Source: an uncultured delta proteobacterium (GTDB lineage: Bacteria > Desulfobacterota > Binatia > Binatales > Binataceae). Taken from it: a stretch of 64,000 nt of DNA. The stretch is taken from the NCBI GenBank assembly GCA_963842085.1, contig CAWJET010000001.1:2752001-2816000 (forward strand), read 5' to 3'. The stretch's first letter is position 1; each line of letters begins with the position of its first letter. A program made the translations under genes and the position numbers. The notes beneath the pieces were generated by a model. That model was given only the letters and a program-made list of their open reading frames with translations. It did not search any database and was not told the origin of the DNA. Shown here one piece after another: positions 29,601-39,926 of this stretch.

Positions 29601-30745
29601 AGGCGGGACTCATCTACGAAATCGAGTCGGTCAAGCCGCATGCCGCCGATCACGAATATCGCGTGTTCTGGGACACGATGGAGCAGATCGAGCTAGCCGA
29701 TCGGCTCGGCTTCGACTCGGTGTGGACCGTCGAGCATCATTTCCTGAACGAATTTTCGTACTGCTCGGCGCCGGAGGTTTTTCTCGCCTGCGTTACGCAG
29801 CGCACCAGGCAGATTCGCGTCGGCCACGGCGTCGTGGTGCTGCCGTTCAACCATCCAATCCACGTCGCGGAACGGATCGCTGTGCTCGACATCATGTCGA
29901 ACGGACGCGTCGAATTCGGCACCGGGCGCGCGACCACGATGGACGAGCTGCTCGGCTTCGGTGTGCGTCCCGAAGAGACGCGGCCGCGATGGGCCGAGGC
30001 GGTCGAGGCGATCCCGCGGATGTGGCGCGAGGATCCGTTCACGATGCGCGGCAAGTACTGGACCGTCGATCCGCCGGTCTCCGTGATTCCCAAGCCCATT
30101 CAGCAACCGCATCCTCCCATGTGGGTGGCCGCGACTAATCCGACCACGTTCGGGCTGGCCGCGGAGCGCGGTCTTGGCGTGCTTTGCTTCACGCTCGGCG
30201 TCGAGCTGGCGCAGGTGGCGGAGCGAATCAATATCTATCGCGAGGGAATCAAAAGCGCTCGGCCGGTCGGGCAGACGGTAAACAACCAGGTCTCGATGAA
30301 CATCATGGGGCTGGTCGGCGACGACCCCTACGAGGCCGAGCATATCGCGCGCGAAGCCGTGTTGTGGTACGTGCGCAGGGGCTTCGAGCTGGTTTCCAGT
30401 ATCGCGGCGGCGAGCCAGAGCGACGATTCGTACAAATATCTGAAGACCGCGTCCAAGTTCGATCCCGCCAAGTTCACGCTCGACTACTACGACTTTTTGA
30501 AGGACGGCGACCTGATCGCGGTCGGCGCGCCGGACGAGGCCGTGCGCGTCGCGCGCCGCTATCGCGAGCTCGGCGCAGACCAGGTGTTATTTTTTCTGCA
30601 GTACGGCGGCATTGCGCACGATCGCATCATGAAGTCGATCGAGCTTATTGGCCGTCATGCACTTGGCGAAATTCATTCGTGGAAAACGCCGGGCGGAATA
30701 ACTGCCGCACAACCCGCCGCGCGCCCGGACGCGACGCATGCCTGA
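29597..30745 (+). CDS. Luciferase-like (LLM) flavin-dependent monooxygenase
   Basis: ADRLGFDSVWTVEHHF, HPIHVAERIAVLDIMSNGRVEFGTGR, PKPIQQPHPP; ATGA overlap with tetR. Confidence 0.9.
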   Translation: MKAGLIYEIESVKPHAADHEYRVFWDTMEQIELADRLGFDSVWTVEHHFLNEFSYCSAPEVFLACVTQRTRQIRVGHGVVVLPFNHPIHVAERIAVLDIMSNGRVEFGTGRATTMDELLGFGVRPEETRPRWAEAVEAIPRMWREDPFTMRGKYWTVDPPVSVIPKPIQQPHPPMWVAATNPTTFGLAAERGLGVLCFTLGVELAQVAERINIYREGIKSARPVGQTVNNQVSMNIMGLVGDDPYEAEHIAREAVLWYVRRGFELVSSIAAASQSDDSYKYLKTASKFDPAKFTLDYYDFLKDGDLIAVGAPDEAVRVARRYRELGADQVLFFLQYGGIAHDRIMKSIELIGRHALGEIHSWKTPGGITAAQPAARPDATHA

Positions 30746-30768
30746 CAAACCGACGGAGGACTGAGTTG

Positions 30769-31905
30769 ATGGAATTTGCGCTGCAATACGAGATCCAGCG
30801 GAGCCGGCCGCATTACCCCGGCTTCATGTACGACATCTACCATCAGGCGACCGAGCAGGTGAAACTTGCGGACCGGCTCGGCTACCACTCGGTCTGGACG
30901 GTCGAGCATCACTTCTTGAGCGAATGGTCGTACTCGTCTGCGCCCGAGGTCTGGTACGGCGCGCTCAGCCAGGTGACGAGCCGGATTCGGCTCGGCCACG
31001 GCATCGTGTTGCTGCCGATTCCGTTCAACCATCCCGCGCGCGTGGCCGAGCGAATCGCGGTGCTCGACATCATGTCGAACGGGCGCGTGGAATTCGGCTC
31101 GGGCCGCTCGATCACCGAGCAGGAACTGGGCGGCTTCCAGGTCAACCCGGAGGACTCGCGTGCGATGTGGGAAGAGGCGGTCGCCGCGATTCCGAAGATG
31201 TGGATGAATGAGACGTTCAGCCACGACGGCAGGTTTTTCAAGATGCCGGAGCGCGAGGTGATTCCGAAACCGATCCAGAAACCGCATCCGCCGATGTGGG
31301 TGGCGGCGACGCAGCCTGCGACGTGGGAAATCGCGGGTCAGAAAGGAATCGGCGCGCTCGGCTTCGGAATCTCCGAGCCGGGAATGCTCGACAAGCTGAT
31401 CGCGATTTACAAGAAAGCGATCAGCACCTGCGAGCCGGTCGGAGCATTCGTGAACGATCGCACGGCCGCGGCGACGATATGCGTATGCGCGCCCGCGCGC
31501 GAGGAAGCCAAGCTGATCGCGAAGGACGCGATCGATTTTACCACGCGCAAAGCCGCCGAGCTGTTCACGCCCTTCGCCAAGCAGGAAGTGAAGGGCTACG
31601 AGTACTACAAGAAGATGGCGGAGCAGGCGGTCGCAATCGGCGACTACCGCCTCTCGATGGCGGACCTGGACAAACGAATCGAAGCAGGTGCCGTGATGGT
31701 CGGCGATCCCGAGGACTGCCTGAAGGTCGCGAAAATTTACGAGTCGGCGGGAGTCGATTTGATCCTGATGCTGGTGCAGGTCGGCGCGGTCCCGCACGAG
31801 AAGGTGATGCAGACGATCGACCTGATCGGCAAGCACGTGATGCCGAAGTTGAGCGCGAGCTCGAAGGCGTTCCAGGCGGAATCCGCAGCAGCCGGCGCCC
31901 GCTGA
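30769..31905 (+). CDS. Second LLM monooxygenase (paralogue)
   Basis: MEFALQYE after GGAGG; same VEHHF, VAERIAVLDIMSNGRVEFG and PKPIQKPHPP motifs. Confidence 0.9.
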   Translation: MEFALQYEIQRSRPHYPGFMYDIYHQATEQVKLADRLGYHSVWTVEHHFLSEWSYSSAPEVWYGALSQVTSRIRLGHGIVLLPIPFNHPARVAERIAVLDIMSNGRVEFGSGRSITEQELGGFQVNPEDSRAMWEEAVAAIPKMWMNETFSHDGRFFKMPEREVIPKPIQKPHPPMWVAATQPATWEIAGQKGIGALGFGISEPGMLDKLIAIYKKAISTCEPVGAFVNDRTAAATICVCAPAREEAKLIAKDAIDFTTRKAAELFTPFAKQEVKGYEYYKKMAEQAVAIGDYRLSMADLDKRIEAGAVMVGDPEDCLKVAKIYESAGVDLILMLVQVGAVPHEKVMQTIDLIGKHVMPKLSASSKAFQAESAAAGAR

Positions 31906-31993
31906 TCCAGATCTCTGAAGCTGGGCCTACAGAGCGGCGCGGTCCGAGCATTTACCTCGCTCGCTCCTCCCTCATTCTGAGCGGTCGGAATAC

Positions 31994-32767
31994 TTACCTT
32001 CTCGAGCCGGGGGCGGGGCGGGGTTCCACGATCTGGCGGCCGGTGGGGCGCACCTCTAGCGCGCAGCCAAAGAGCGAGTCGTCGCGCACGAGGCTCACCA
32101 CCGCGTCCGCGATTTCTTCGGGCTGGATTATTTTTGATGGCATCCAGCTCTTGATGCCGTGTTGCGCCGCCAGCTCGAGGCCTCTGCGCACCAGCGGCGT
32201 ATCGACGATTCCCGGGCAGATGCAGTTGACGCGGATTTTCCGTTCCGCCGCCCAGAACGCCAGCGAATGAGTGAAGTTCACAACGCCGCCCTTGGCCGCG
32301 CCGTAAACCGCGTCCTGGCGATGCGGATACAAACCCGCCATCGAGGCGGTGTTGATGATGGTGCCGCCGCCGTTCTTTTGCATCAGCGGCGCCGCGAGAC
32401 CGGTGCCGAGAACTACCGCCTGCAGATCGATCTCGATCACAAGGTGCCATCGCTCCGGCGGCGCGTCGGGAAAGCCGGGCGCGCCGACGCCGATGCCGGC
32501 GTTGTTGTGCAGAATGTCGAGGCGGCCGAACTTCGAGACCGCCGTGTCGAGCATCCGGCGCGCGTCGTCGAGCCGGGTGACGTCCGCCTTGACAAAGACG
32601 GCGCGGCCGCCCGCGCTCTCGATTCGCTTGACGGTCTCGGCGCCGCCGGCTTCGTCGAGATCGGCGACCACGATCGCGGCGCCTTCCTTGGCCAATCGCT
32701 CCGACGTTGCACGTCCGATTCCCGACGAACCGCCGGTGATGACGCCGACCTTTCCTTTAATCTCCAT
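31994..32767 (-). CDS. Short-chain dehydrogenase/reductase
   Basis: TGGSSGIG, NNAG, NTAS, YGAAK. Confidence 0.93.
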   Translation of the reverse strand: MEIKGKVGVITGGSSGIGRATSERLAKEGAAIVVADLDEAGGAETVKRIESAGGRAVFVKADVTRLDDARRMLDTAVSKFGRLDILHNNAGIGVGAPGFPDAPPERWHLVIEIDLQAVVLGTGLAAPLMQKNGGGTIINTASMAGLYPHRQDAVYGAAKGGVVNFTHSLAFWAAERKIRVNCICPGIVDTPLVRRGLELAAQHGIKSWMPSKIIQPEEIADAVVSLVRDDSLFGCALEVRPTGRQIVEPRPAPGSRR

Positions 32768-32800
32768 TGCGCGATCCTCCGTCAGAATGCCAGTCGATCA

Positions 32801-33190
32801 TTAACCAATACTGCCCACCAGCACGCCAACGATCAGTCCTGCGAGCACGTAAGCAGTGAAAGCGACATAGGTGTAGTCGCGTTCCGTGATGAAGAGGAAG
32901 AAGCAGAACGCGACCCGCGCCAGCGGAACCAGCGTCAGCACGAACAGCCCGATTGTCAGAACCGCATGCGGATTGCCGGTCCGAACTCTGTCGAACAACA
33001 GGGCGAACTTTTCTCTGCCGAGCAACTGACCGTGTTGCGCCGCCTGGTAGCGCTCGACGTAGTAGTCGGGTGCCGAGGTGTAGGTCAGGAAAAGTCCGGT
33101 AACTAGCGTGATCATCGCAGCGATCAGAATCGTGCGCAGCAGAATCGGCGTCCACACCCTGAGTATTCGATCTTCTTCCTGTTTCGGCAT
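32801..33190 (-). CDS. DUF1634 membrane protein
   Basis: Four TM segments, GL.VL.LVPLARV...ERD; usual partner of TauE. Confidence 0.8.
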   Translation of the reverse strand: MPKQEEDRILRVWTPILLRTILIAAMITLVTGLFLTYTSAPDYYVERYQAAQHGQLLGREKFALLFDRVRTGNPHAVLTIGLFVLTLVPLARVAFCFFLFITERDYTYVAFTAYVLAGLIVGVLVGSIG

Positions 33191-33193
33191 CGC

Positions 33194-34021
33194 TTAGATT
33201 CCCGACAACGCGCGCCAACCCATCTCGGCTGCGATCAGCAAAAGAATTATCACGAAAGTGGTTCTGAGATACTCGACCTTGACGTACGGCAGGAGGCGGC
33301 TGCCGGTCAACGCTCCTGCCGTCACTCCTATCGCCACCGGGGCCGCGATAGTGGTGGCAACGTCGCCACGCGCCAGGAACACGAGCGCGCCGGCCCCGGC
33401 GGTGACGCCAATCATGAAGTTGCTGGTCGCGCTTGAGACCTTGAGCGGCAGGTGCATGATGTAGTCCATCGCCAGAACTTTGAGCGCGCCCGCTCCGATC
33501 CCAAGCATCCCGGACATGAGCCCCGCGACGACCATCAGAGCGCCGCCCTGTTGTACTTTCACGACTTCATAATGAACCGCGTTGCCGCTGAGATCGGGCA
33601 CCTCGCCGGCAAGTTCCAGCCGCACGGCGAGCGGGTCGCCCTTGGTGAGGATGTCGTCGCCGCGCTTGGTAACCGTGAAGTACGCGGACTGTAGCATCAT
33701 GGCGGCGAACAGCAATTCGAGCACCACCGTGGGCACGACGCCGGCGAGATAGGCGCCGATCACTGCACCGGTGACGGTCGCGCATTCGAGCACCATCGCG
33801 ACTTTCAGGTTGGTCCATCCGTCGCGCACAAAGGCGACGCTGGCGCCGGCGCTGGTCGCAACGACGGAGATAAGGCTCGCACCAACGGCGACTTTCATCG
33901 GCATGTGCGCGAAAATAACCAGGCCGGGCACGATGAAAACGCCGCCACCGAGGCCGGAGAGCGCACCGATGAATCCGGCTCCGATTGAAAGCGCGAACAG
34001 GTTGATCAGGATTTCGAGCAA
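33194..34021 (-). CDS. TauE/SafE (TSUP) family transporter
   Basis: GLGGGVFIVP, AVGASLISVVATS, SGMLGIGAG, KVSSATSNFMIGVT. Confidence 0.92.
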   Translation of the reverse strand: MLEILINLFALSIGAGFIGALSGLGGGVFIVPGLVIFAHMPMKVAVGASLISVVATSAGASVAFVRDGWTNLKVAMVLECATVTGAVIGAYLAGVVPTVVLELLFAAMMLQSAYFTVTKRGDDILTKGDPLAVRLELAGEVPDLSGNAVHYEVVKVQQGGALMVVAGLMSGMLGIGAGALKVLAMDYIMHLPLKVSSATSNFMIGVTAGAGALVFLARGDVATTIAAPVAIGVTAGALTGSRLLPYVKVEYLRTTFVIILLLIAAEMGWRALSGI

Positions 34022-34104
34022 GTACCGGCTCCGAGTCCAGGCATTTCGCGCAATCGTAGTTTGCTTCGAATCAGAAAGACAAACGCGGACAAAACGAACG
34101 CAGA

Positions 34105-34914
34105 CTATACGGGACGGGGGTTGAGAATTTCAAACGTGCGCCGGGGACTGTTGCGCAAGCCACGCTCGATGTCGTCGGTAATCTCGCGCACGGCGCGCAG
34201 CGGCTCGGCCGCGCGCCAGATCGGACTGCCGACGACGACATAGTCGGCGCCCGCGCGGATGGCGTCGGCGGCGGTGATCGCATGCGAGGCCGAATTGGCG
34301 ATCTCGCGCAGCCGCACGCCCGACGTCACGATAATGAATCGGCGTCCGCAAGTGTTGCGCACGCGCGTTACTTCATGCGGCCAGGTGACGACGCCGTCGA
34401 GCGAGGCGTCGGCGGCGAAGCGCGCGATCTCCGTGACCCGGTCGGGTGACTCCGGCGTGCGCCGGATTGAATTCGCGGACTTCATTTCGGCGAGCGTCGC
34501 CACCGCCAGGATACTCGGGCGACGCAGACCTTCGGTCCTGCAAATGCGCGCGACCTCGACGCGCGTCCGGGTCATCATCTCGGTCGAGCCGCAGGTCGAA
34601 CCGTAGGGGTGGATGTCGAACATCTTGACGCCGAGCCGGGTGGCCTCGACCGCGGCGCGGAGCACCTTTTGCGGGCTGTCGTGGAATTTGAGGTCGAGAA
34701 AAACTTCGGCGCCGCGCCGGCGAATCTCACGAACGAACTCAGGGCCGCCACCGATGAACAGCGCGCGCCCGACTCTGAACATCCCGACCACTCGGGCCAG
34801 ACGGTCCACCAGCTTGAGCGCGTCCTCCCGGTCGCGCAGGTCCAGCGACACGATCAGCCGCTCGCGCAGCGCGCCTTGTCGCATCAGGCCCGAAAATGGC
34901 CAGTACTGGGTCAT
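34105..34914 (-). CDS. Divergent OMP decarboxylase (PyrF)-like protein
   Basis: LIVSLD, FLDLKFHD and GADYVVVG are present, but several conserved residues are substituted (see findings). Confidence 0.8.
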   Translation of the reverse strand: MTQYWPFSGLMRQGALRERLIVSLDLRDREDALKLVDRLARVVGMFRVGRALFIGGGPEFVREIRRRGAEVFLDLKFHDSPQKVLRAAVEATRLGVKMFDIHPYGSTCGSTEMMTRTRVEVARICRTEGLRRPSILAVATLAEMKSANSIRRTPESPDRVTEIARFAADASLDGVVTWPHEVTRVRNTCGRRFIIVTSGVRLREIANSASHAITAADAIRAGADYVVVGSPIWRAAEPLRAVREITDDIERGLRNSPRRTFEILNPRPV

Positions 34915-35016
34915 CGAATCCTTCTGTCGCGGACACGAACCGGCTTCATTCATGAAAATAGGCCGATCACGGTCGAAGTCAAGGAACTGCGGAAGTGGCG
35001 CGGCGGTTCAACCTCG

Positions 35017-35036
35017 ATGCAGTACAGAGACTGCAT
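35017..35036. promoter_or_regulatory. Candidate enhancer (UAS) for a sigma54 activator
   Basis: ATGCAGT-N6-ACTGCAT palindrome about 90-105 bp upstream of a -24/-12 element. Confidence 0.45.
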
Positions 35037-35121
35037 TGCGGCTACTGCACTGGGCCGTGGCGCACACGCGGATGATCATTGGAAGGCGCACGAATACACT
35101 GGTTTTTGAGGGATCAGGGCT

Positions 35122-35137
35122 CGGCATCGGCTTTGCA
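35122..35137 (+). promoter_or_regulatory. Sigma54 (-24/-12) promoter upstream of the kinase-regulator operon
   Basis: CGGCATCGGCTTTGCA: GG-N10-GC, close to TGGCAC-N5-TTGCA. Confidence 0.6.
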
Positions 35138-35239
35138 GTTAGAGGCCAGGACTCGAAAATGGCATCGATTGTCTTAGTTCTGGCGATTAACGATAGTTCA
35201 GTTACACGGACCGGCATTTCCGGCCCCAGGTGAGGCAGG

Positions 35240-36768
35240 ATGTTCGGCATCTTTCTAATAGCACTGATCATTTACGCCGTCGTGCAACATCGAAAGCGCA
35301 ACCGCATCCGCTGGATGAAGTACGGCGACTGGTCGAAGTACGACTGGTCCAAGCACGACTGGTCGCAGTACGGCAACTACTCGAAGTGGTCGCGTGACTG
35401 GTCGAAGTGGACCGAGCACGCGAAGGCGTCCACGACGGCGTCTGCCGAGCGCTTCGCAAGCGACCTGCACGCCAAGATAAAGCGCGACTTCGACAGCAAG
35501 ATGGCGCGCAAGTTCGAGGCCAAGGCCGAGAAATTCGAGCGCAAGCTCAAGGCGCGATTCGATCGTCAGACGCAGAAGTACAGCGGCGTCAGCGCGGATC
35601 CAGCGCAGGATTTGCCGCCGCCACCGCAGTTCAAGAACGACGCCGAGCGCCAGACCTACGAGCGCGCGCGCAAACGCGCCCAGGCCGAGGCCGGCTTCTT
35701 CATCCACCTGATGTGGTACGGCATCATCATCGGCTTCCTGTTCATCATCAATCTGATGACGGGCGGGTTTGGCGGATATCCGTGGTTCCTGTGGCCGGCG
35801 CTCGCCTGGGGATTCGGAATCGCAAGCCACTTCGCGGCGGTGTACGGCTGGCGCTGGGTTCACGACCGGGTTTTCCAGCCTACGATCGCGCGCGAAGTTC
35901 AGCGCGAAGTTTTGCAGGAGAAGGAGCAGTTGCGGACCGAGAAGCAGGCGTCGCTCGACGAGCTGACCGCAACCTTCGCCCACGAAATCCGAAACCCGAT
36001 CGCGGCGGCCAAGAGCCTGGTGCAGCAGATGGGCGAGGATCCCACTTCGCACGAGAACGTCGAATACGCCAAGGTCGCGCTCGACGAGCTCGCACGGGTC
36101 GAGCGCAGCGTGTCGCATCTGCTGAAATACGCGAAAGAAGAAGACTACAAGTTCGAAGACGTGAATCTCGCCTCGGTGGTCGACGGCGCCCTGACGCAGA
36201 TGCGCGGCAAGCTGGAGGCAAACTCGGTTATGGTGTCGCGCGCCTACCTGAGCGGTCCCACGGTGCGCGCCGACGCCGACAAGCTGCGGCAGGTGTTCTC
36301 GAACATCATCGACAACGCGATCGACGCGATGGAATCGACGACCGGCGAGCGGCGGCTCGAGTTCGCGATCCAGAACAACGGCGCGGGAATGGCGGCGGTC
36401 AGGATTCGCGACAACGGCTGCGGGATTCCGGACGACAAGATCGCGAAGATTTTTAATCCGTTCTACACGTCGAAGACCAACGGCACCGGGCTCGGCCTGG
36501 GGGTCGCGAAAAAAGTGATCGACTCGCATCGTGGAACGATCGAGGTGCATAGCAAGGTTGGGCAGGGCACTGAATTCGTGCTGTCGATTCCCCTCAGCGA
36601 TGCGGTGCGCGAGAGCGCCGATCAATCGAGCGAGGAAGCATCAAGCGACGTGGTCGGAGCATCGGCAGAACCGGCATCGCAAAGCAGCGGCCGCGGTGCG
36701 GCTGAAACGACGCCGATCGTTGCGCTGGCCGCCGGCGCGCAGACCACTGAAAGTTCGAGGACACGCAA

Positions 36769-36772
<4 letters not shown>
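35240..36772 (+). CDS. Sensor histidine kinase with N-terminal TM, DWSKY repeats and a 2TM-like domain
   Basis: FAHEIRNP H-box, [26 protein letters not shown]; 2TM-like YERARKR...GFFIHL...INL...[17 protein letters not shown]. Confidence 0.92.
35327..35410 (+). repeat. Intragenic 15-bp tandem repeat (GACTGGTCGAAGTAC-like, about 5 copies)
   Basis: gactggtcgaagtac, gactggtccaagcac, gactggtcgcagtac, then aactactcgaagtgg and gactggtcgaagtgg. Confidence 0.8.
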
Positions 36773-38223
<1,451 letters not shown>

Positions 38224-38251
38224 TTTCGCGCCGCCGCGGAGACGATAAGCT

Positions 38252-38734
38252 ATGAACTCCACCGAACCTCAGGCCCCGAGCACCACGCTCACCACGATGA
38301 AGATTCACCCGCCGCTGCTGGCGGGAGCGCTGTTGCTGGTCACGCTGCTGCTGCATTTCATGCTGCCCGAAGAGCGCTCCGTGGGATGGTACCAAGTGAT
38401 CGGCCTGCTCGTGGTCGCGGCCGGCGAGGGTGTGTGCTGTTTCGCAGCCGCGATTTTCCAGGCGCGCGAGACCACCCGGAAGCCCTGGGGCGAGCCGACT
38501 CAGTTCGTCGTGCAATCGCCGTACACGTGGACGCGAAATCCCATGTACCTCGGCGTCGTAACGGTGTTGATGGGACTGGCGATTTTCTTCTCTTCGATCG
38601 CGATGCTGCTGGCGCCGGCCGTGTTCTTTGCGGTGATCGATCGGATGGTGATTCCGCGCGAAGAGGAAACGATGGAGCGGCTCTTCGGCCAGGACTACGT
38701 GGCTTACAAGGGTCGCGTCCGGCGTTGGATCTGA
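38252..38734 (+). CDS. Isoprenylcysteine/phospholipid methyltransferase (ICMT/PEMT) family membrane protein
   Basis: PYTWTRNPMYLG, IPREE..MERLFGQDY..YK.RVRRWI. Confidence 0.9.
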   Translation: MNSTEPQAPSTTLTTMKIHPPLLAGALLLVTLLLHFMLPEERSVGWYQVIGLLVVAAGEGVCCFAAAIFQARETTRKPWGEPTQFVVQSPYTWTRNPMYLGVVTVLMGLAIFFSSIAMLLAPAVFFAVIDRMVIPREEETMERLFGQDYVAYKGRVRRWI

Positions 38735-38794
38735 AAATTTTAGCAACTGTCGGCCGCGCGAGCGGATCACCTCGCGGCCCAAAGGAGAACGAAA

Positions 38795-39535
38795 GTGCTA
38801 TCAAGATTTTTCAAATTGCTCGGAGGCAAGTTCAGCCGCTGGATTAAAGCGCGCGAGGCGCGCGACCCCGAGGCGGTGTACGAGTCCGCAATCTCGGACC
38901 GCGTGCGCCGCTATCATCAGCTCAAGACCGCGGCGGCCGGCGTCATCTACATGCGCAACAAGCTCGAGCGCGAGCTGCGTGGAAAGCTCGCCGAGATGAA
39001 GGAAGTCGACGAAGAAGCGGGGCAGGCCGCCGACATGAATGAGGATCAATGCGCGCTGATCCTGATTCAGCGCAAGCACATCCTCGACGGCGACTGCACG
39101 CGCCTGCGCGAAGAACTCGGCGAGCTGACTACAGAGGCCGAGGACGCGAAGAAGAATTTGATCGCGTTCAAGGGCGAGATCGAGAAGCTCAAGGTCGAAA
39201 AAGTGCGAATGATCGCGCGGCTGAAGAATGCGCAGGCGCGCGTGCGAATCCAGCGCGCGCTCGAGGAGATTTCGTACGACGACGACGTCCGCGCGCTTGA
39301 AGAAGTGCGCGAGTCGATTCAGCGGATGCTCGCGCAGGCGGGCGTCAATCACGAAATCGCCGGCTCCGAACTCGGCGACAAGCTCGAGGCAATCCGCCAG
39401 CGCAACGCCGAGGCCAAGGCCCAGGCCGAGCTCGCGGACTTGAAGCGCAAACGCCGCCCGCCGCTGGCGCCGATGGATATCTTCACGGCCGCCGCCAGCG
39501 CCGCGGCCAACGGCGACGTCAAGCACGCGAACTGA
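38795..39535 (+). CDS. PspA/IM30 (ESCRT-III-like) family protein
   Basis: Amphipathic N-terminus MLSRFFKLLGGKFSRWI, DPEAVYE, long coiled coils, C-terminal AQAELADLKRK; AAGGAG RBS. Confidence 0.8.
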   Translation: MLSRFFKLLGGKFSRWIKAREARDPEAVYESAISDRVRRYHQLKTAAAGVIYMRNKLERELRGKLAEMKEVDEEAGQAADMNEDQCALILIQRKHILDGDCTRLREELGELTTEAEDAKKNLIAFKGEIEKLKVEKVRMIARLKNAQARVRIQRALEEISYDDDVRALEEVRESIQRMLAQAGVNHEIAGSELGDKLEAIRQRNAEAKAQAELADLKRKRRPPLAPMDIFTAAASAAANGDVKHAN

Positions 39536-39551
39536 GACGGAGACGCGAACG

Positions 39552-39923
39552 ATGCGGCCCATAGTTATTGTGCTGGCGTTGTGTGCCTTGATCGCGAGCG
39601 CAGGGTGCGCTCGTGGGCCGTATCCCGAGCCTACGCAGCGTCCGGGCGAACCTGGCGCGGCGGCGAATGAACCGCGCGGCATATGGGCAAACAGCGTATT
39701 TGGTGGTGTCAGTGTAAGCGCGACGACCGATGTCTGCGCCGGACGCGTGCAACTCGCTCAAGGCGCCGCGACGGCCAACGATACGTGCTTCACCGGCGAC
39801 ACCAACGTCGTGCTGTGCACCGACACGTCATCGGCTAACGCGGTCCAATGCGCCGCGGCGAACGGGAAGCTTGTGCTGGCCGGGACCGGGAGCGATCTGA
39901 TCAACTACGCCCGCGTCAGATGA
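39552..39923 (+). CDS. Small Cys-rich putative lipoprotein
   Basis: Signal peptide with lipobox-like SAGC; four further Cys. Confidence 0.65.
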   Translation: MRPIVIVLALCALIASAGCARGPYPEPTQRPGEPGAAANEPRGIWANSVFGGVSVSATTDVCAGRVQLAQGAATANDTCFTGDTNVVLCTDTSSANAVQCAAANGKLVLAGTGSDLINYARVR

Positions 39924-39926
39924 GAG

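Noticed and set aside
30184-30768. N-terminal extensions in the ORF track (30184 LLM, 26544 GT2, 62169 methyltransferase, 16593 VIT1, 3813 DUF58, 8452 WS/DGAT) suggesting fusions
   Set aside because: They mostly overlap genuine neighbouring genes in other frames, and the downstream starts have an RBS, stop/start coupling or family-typical N-termini.
35327-35410. Possible CRISPR or non-coding repeat
   Set aside because: In-frame 15-bp coding repeats without spacers.
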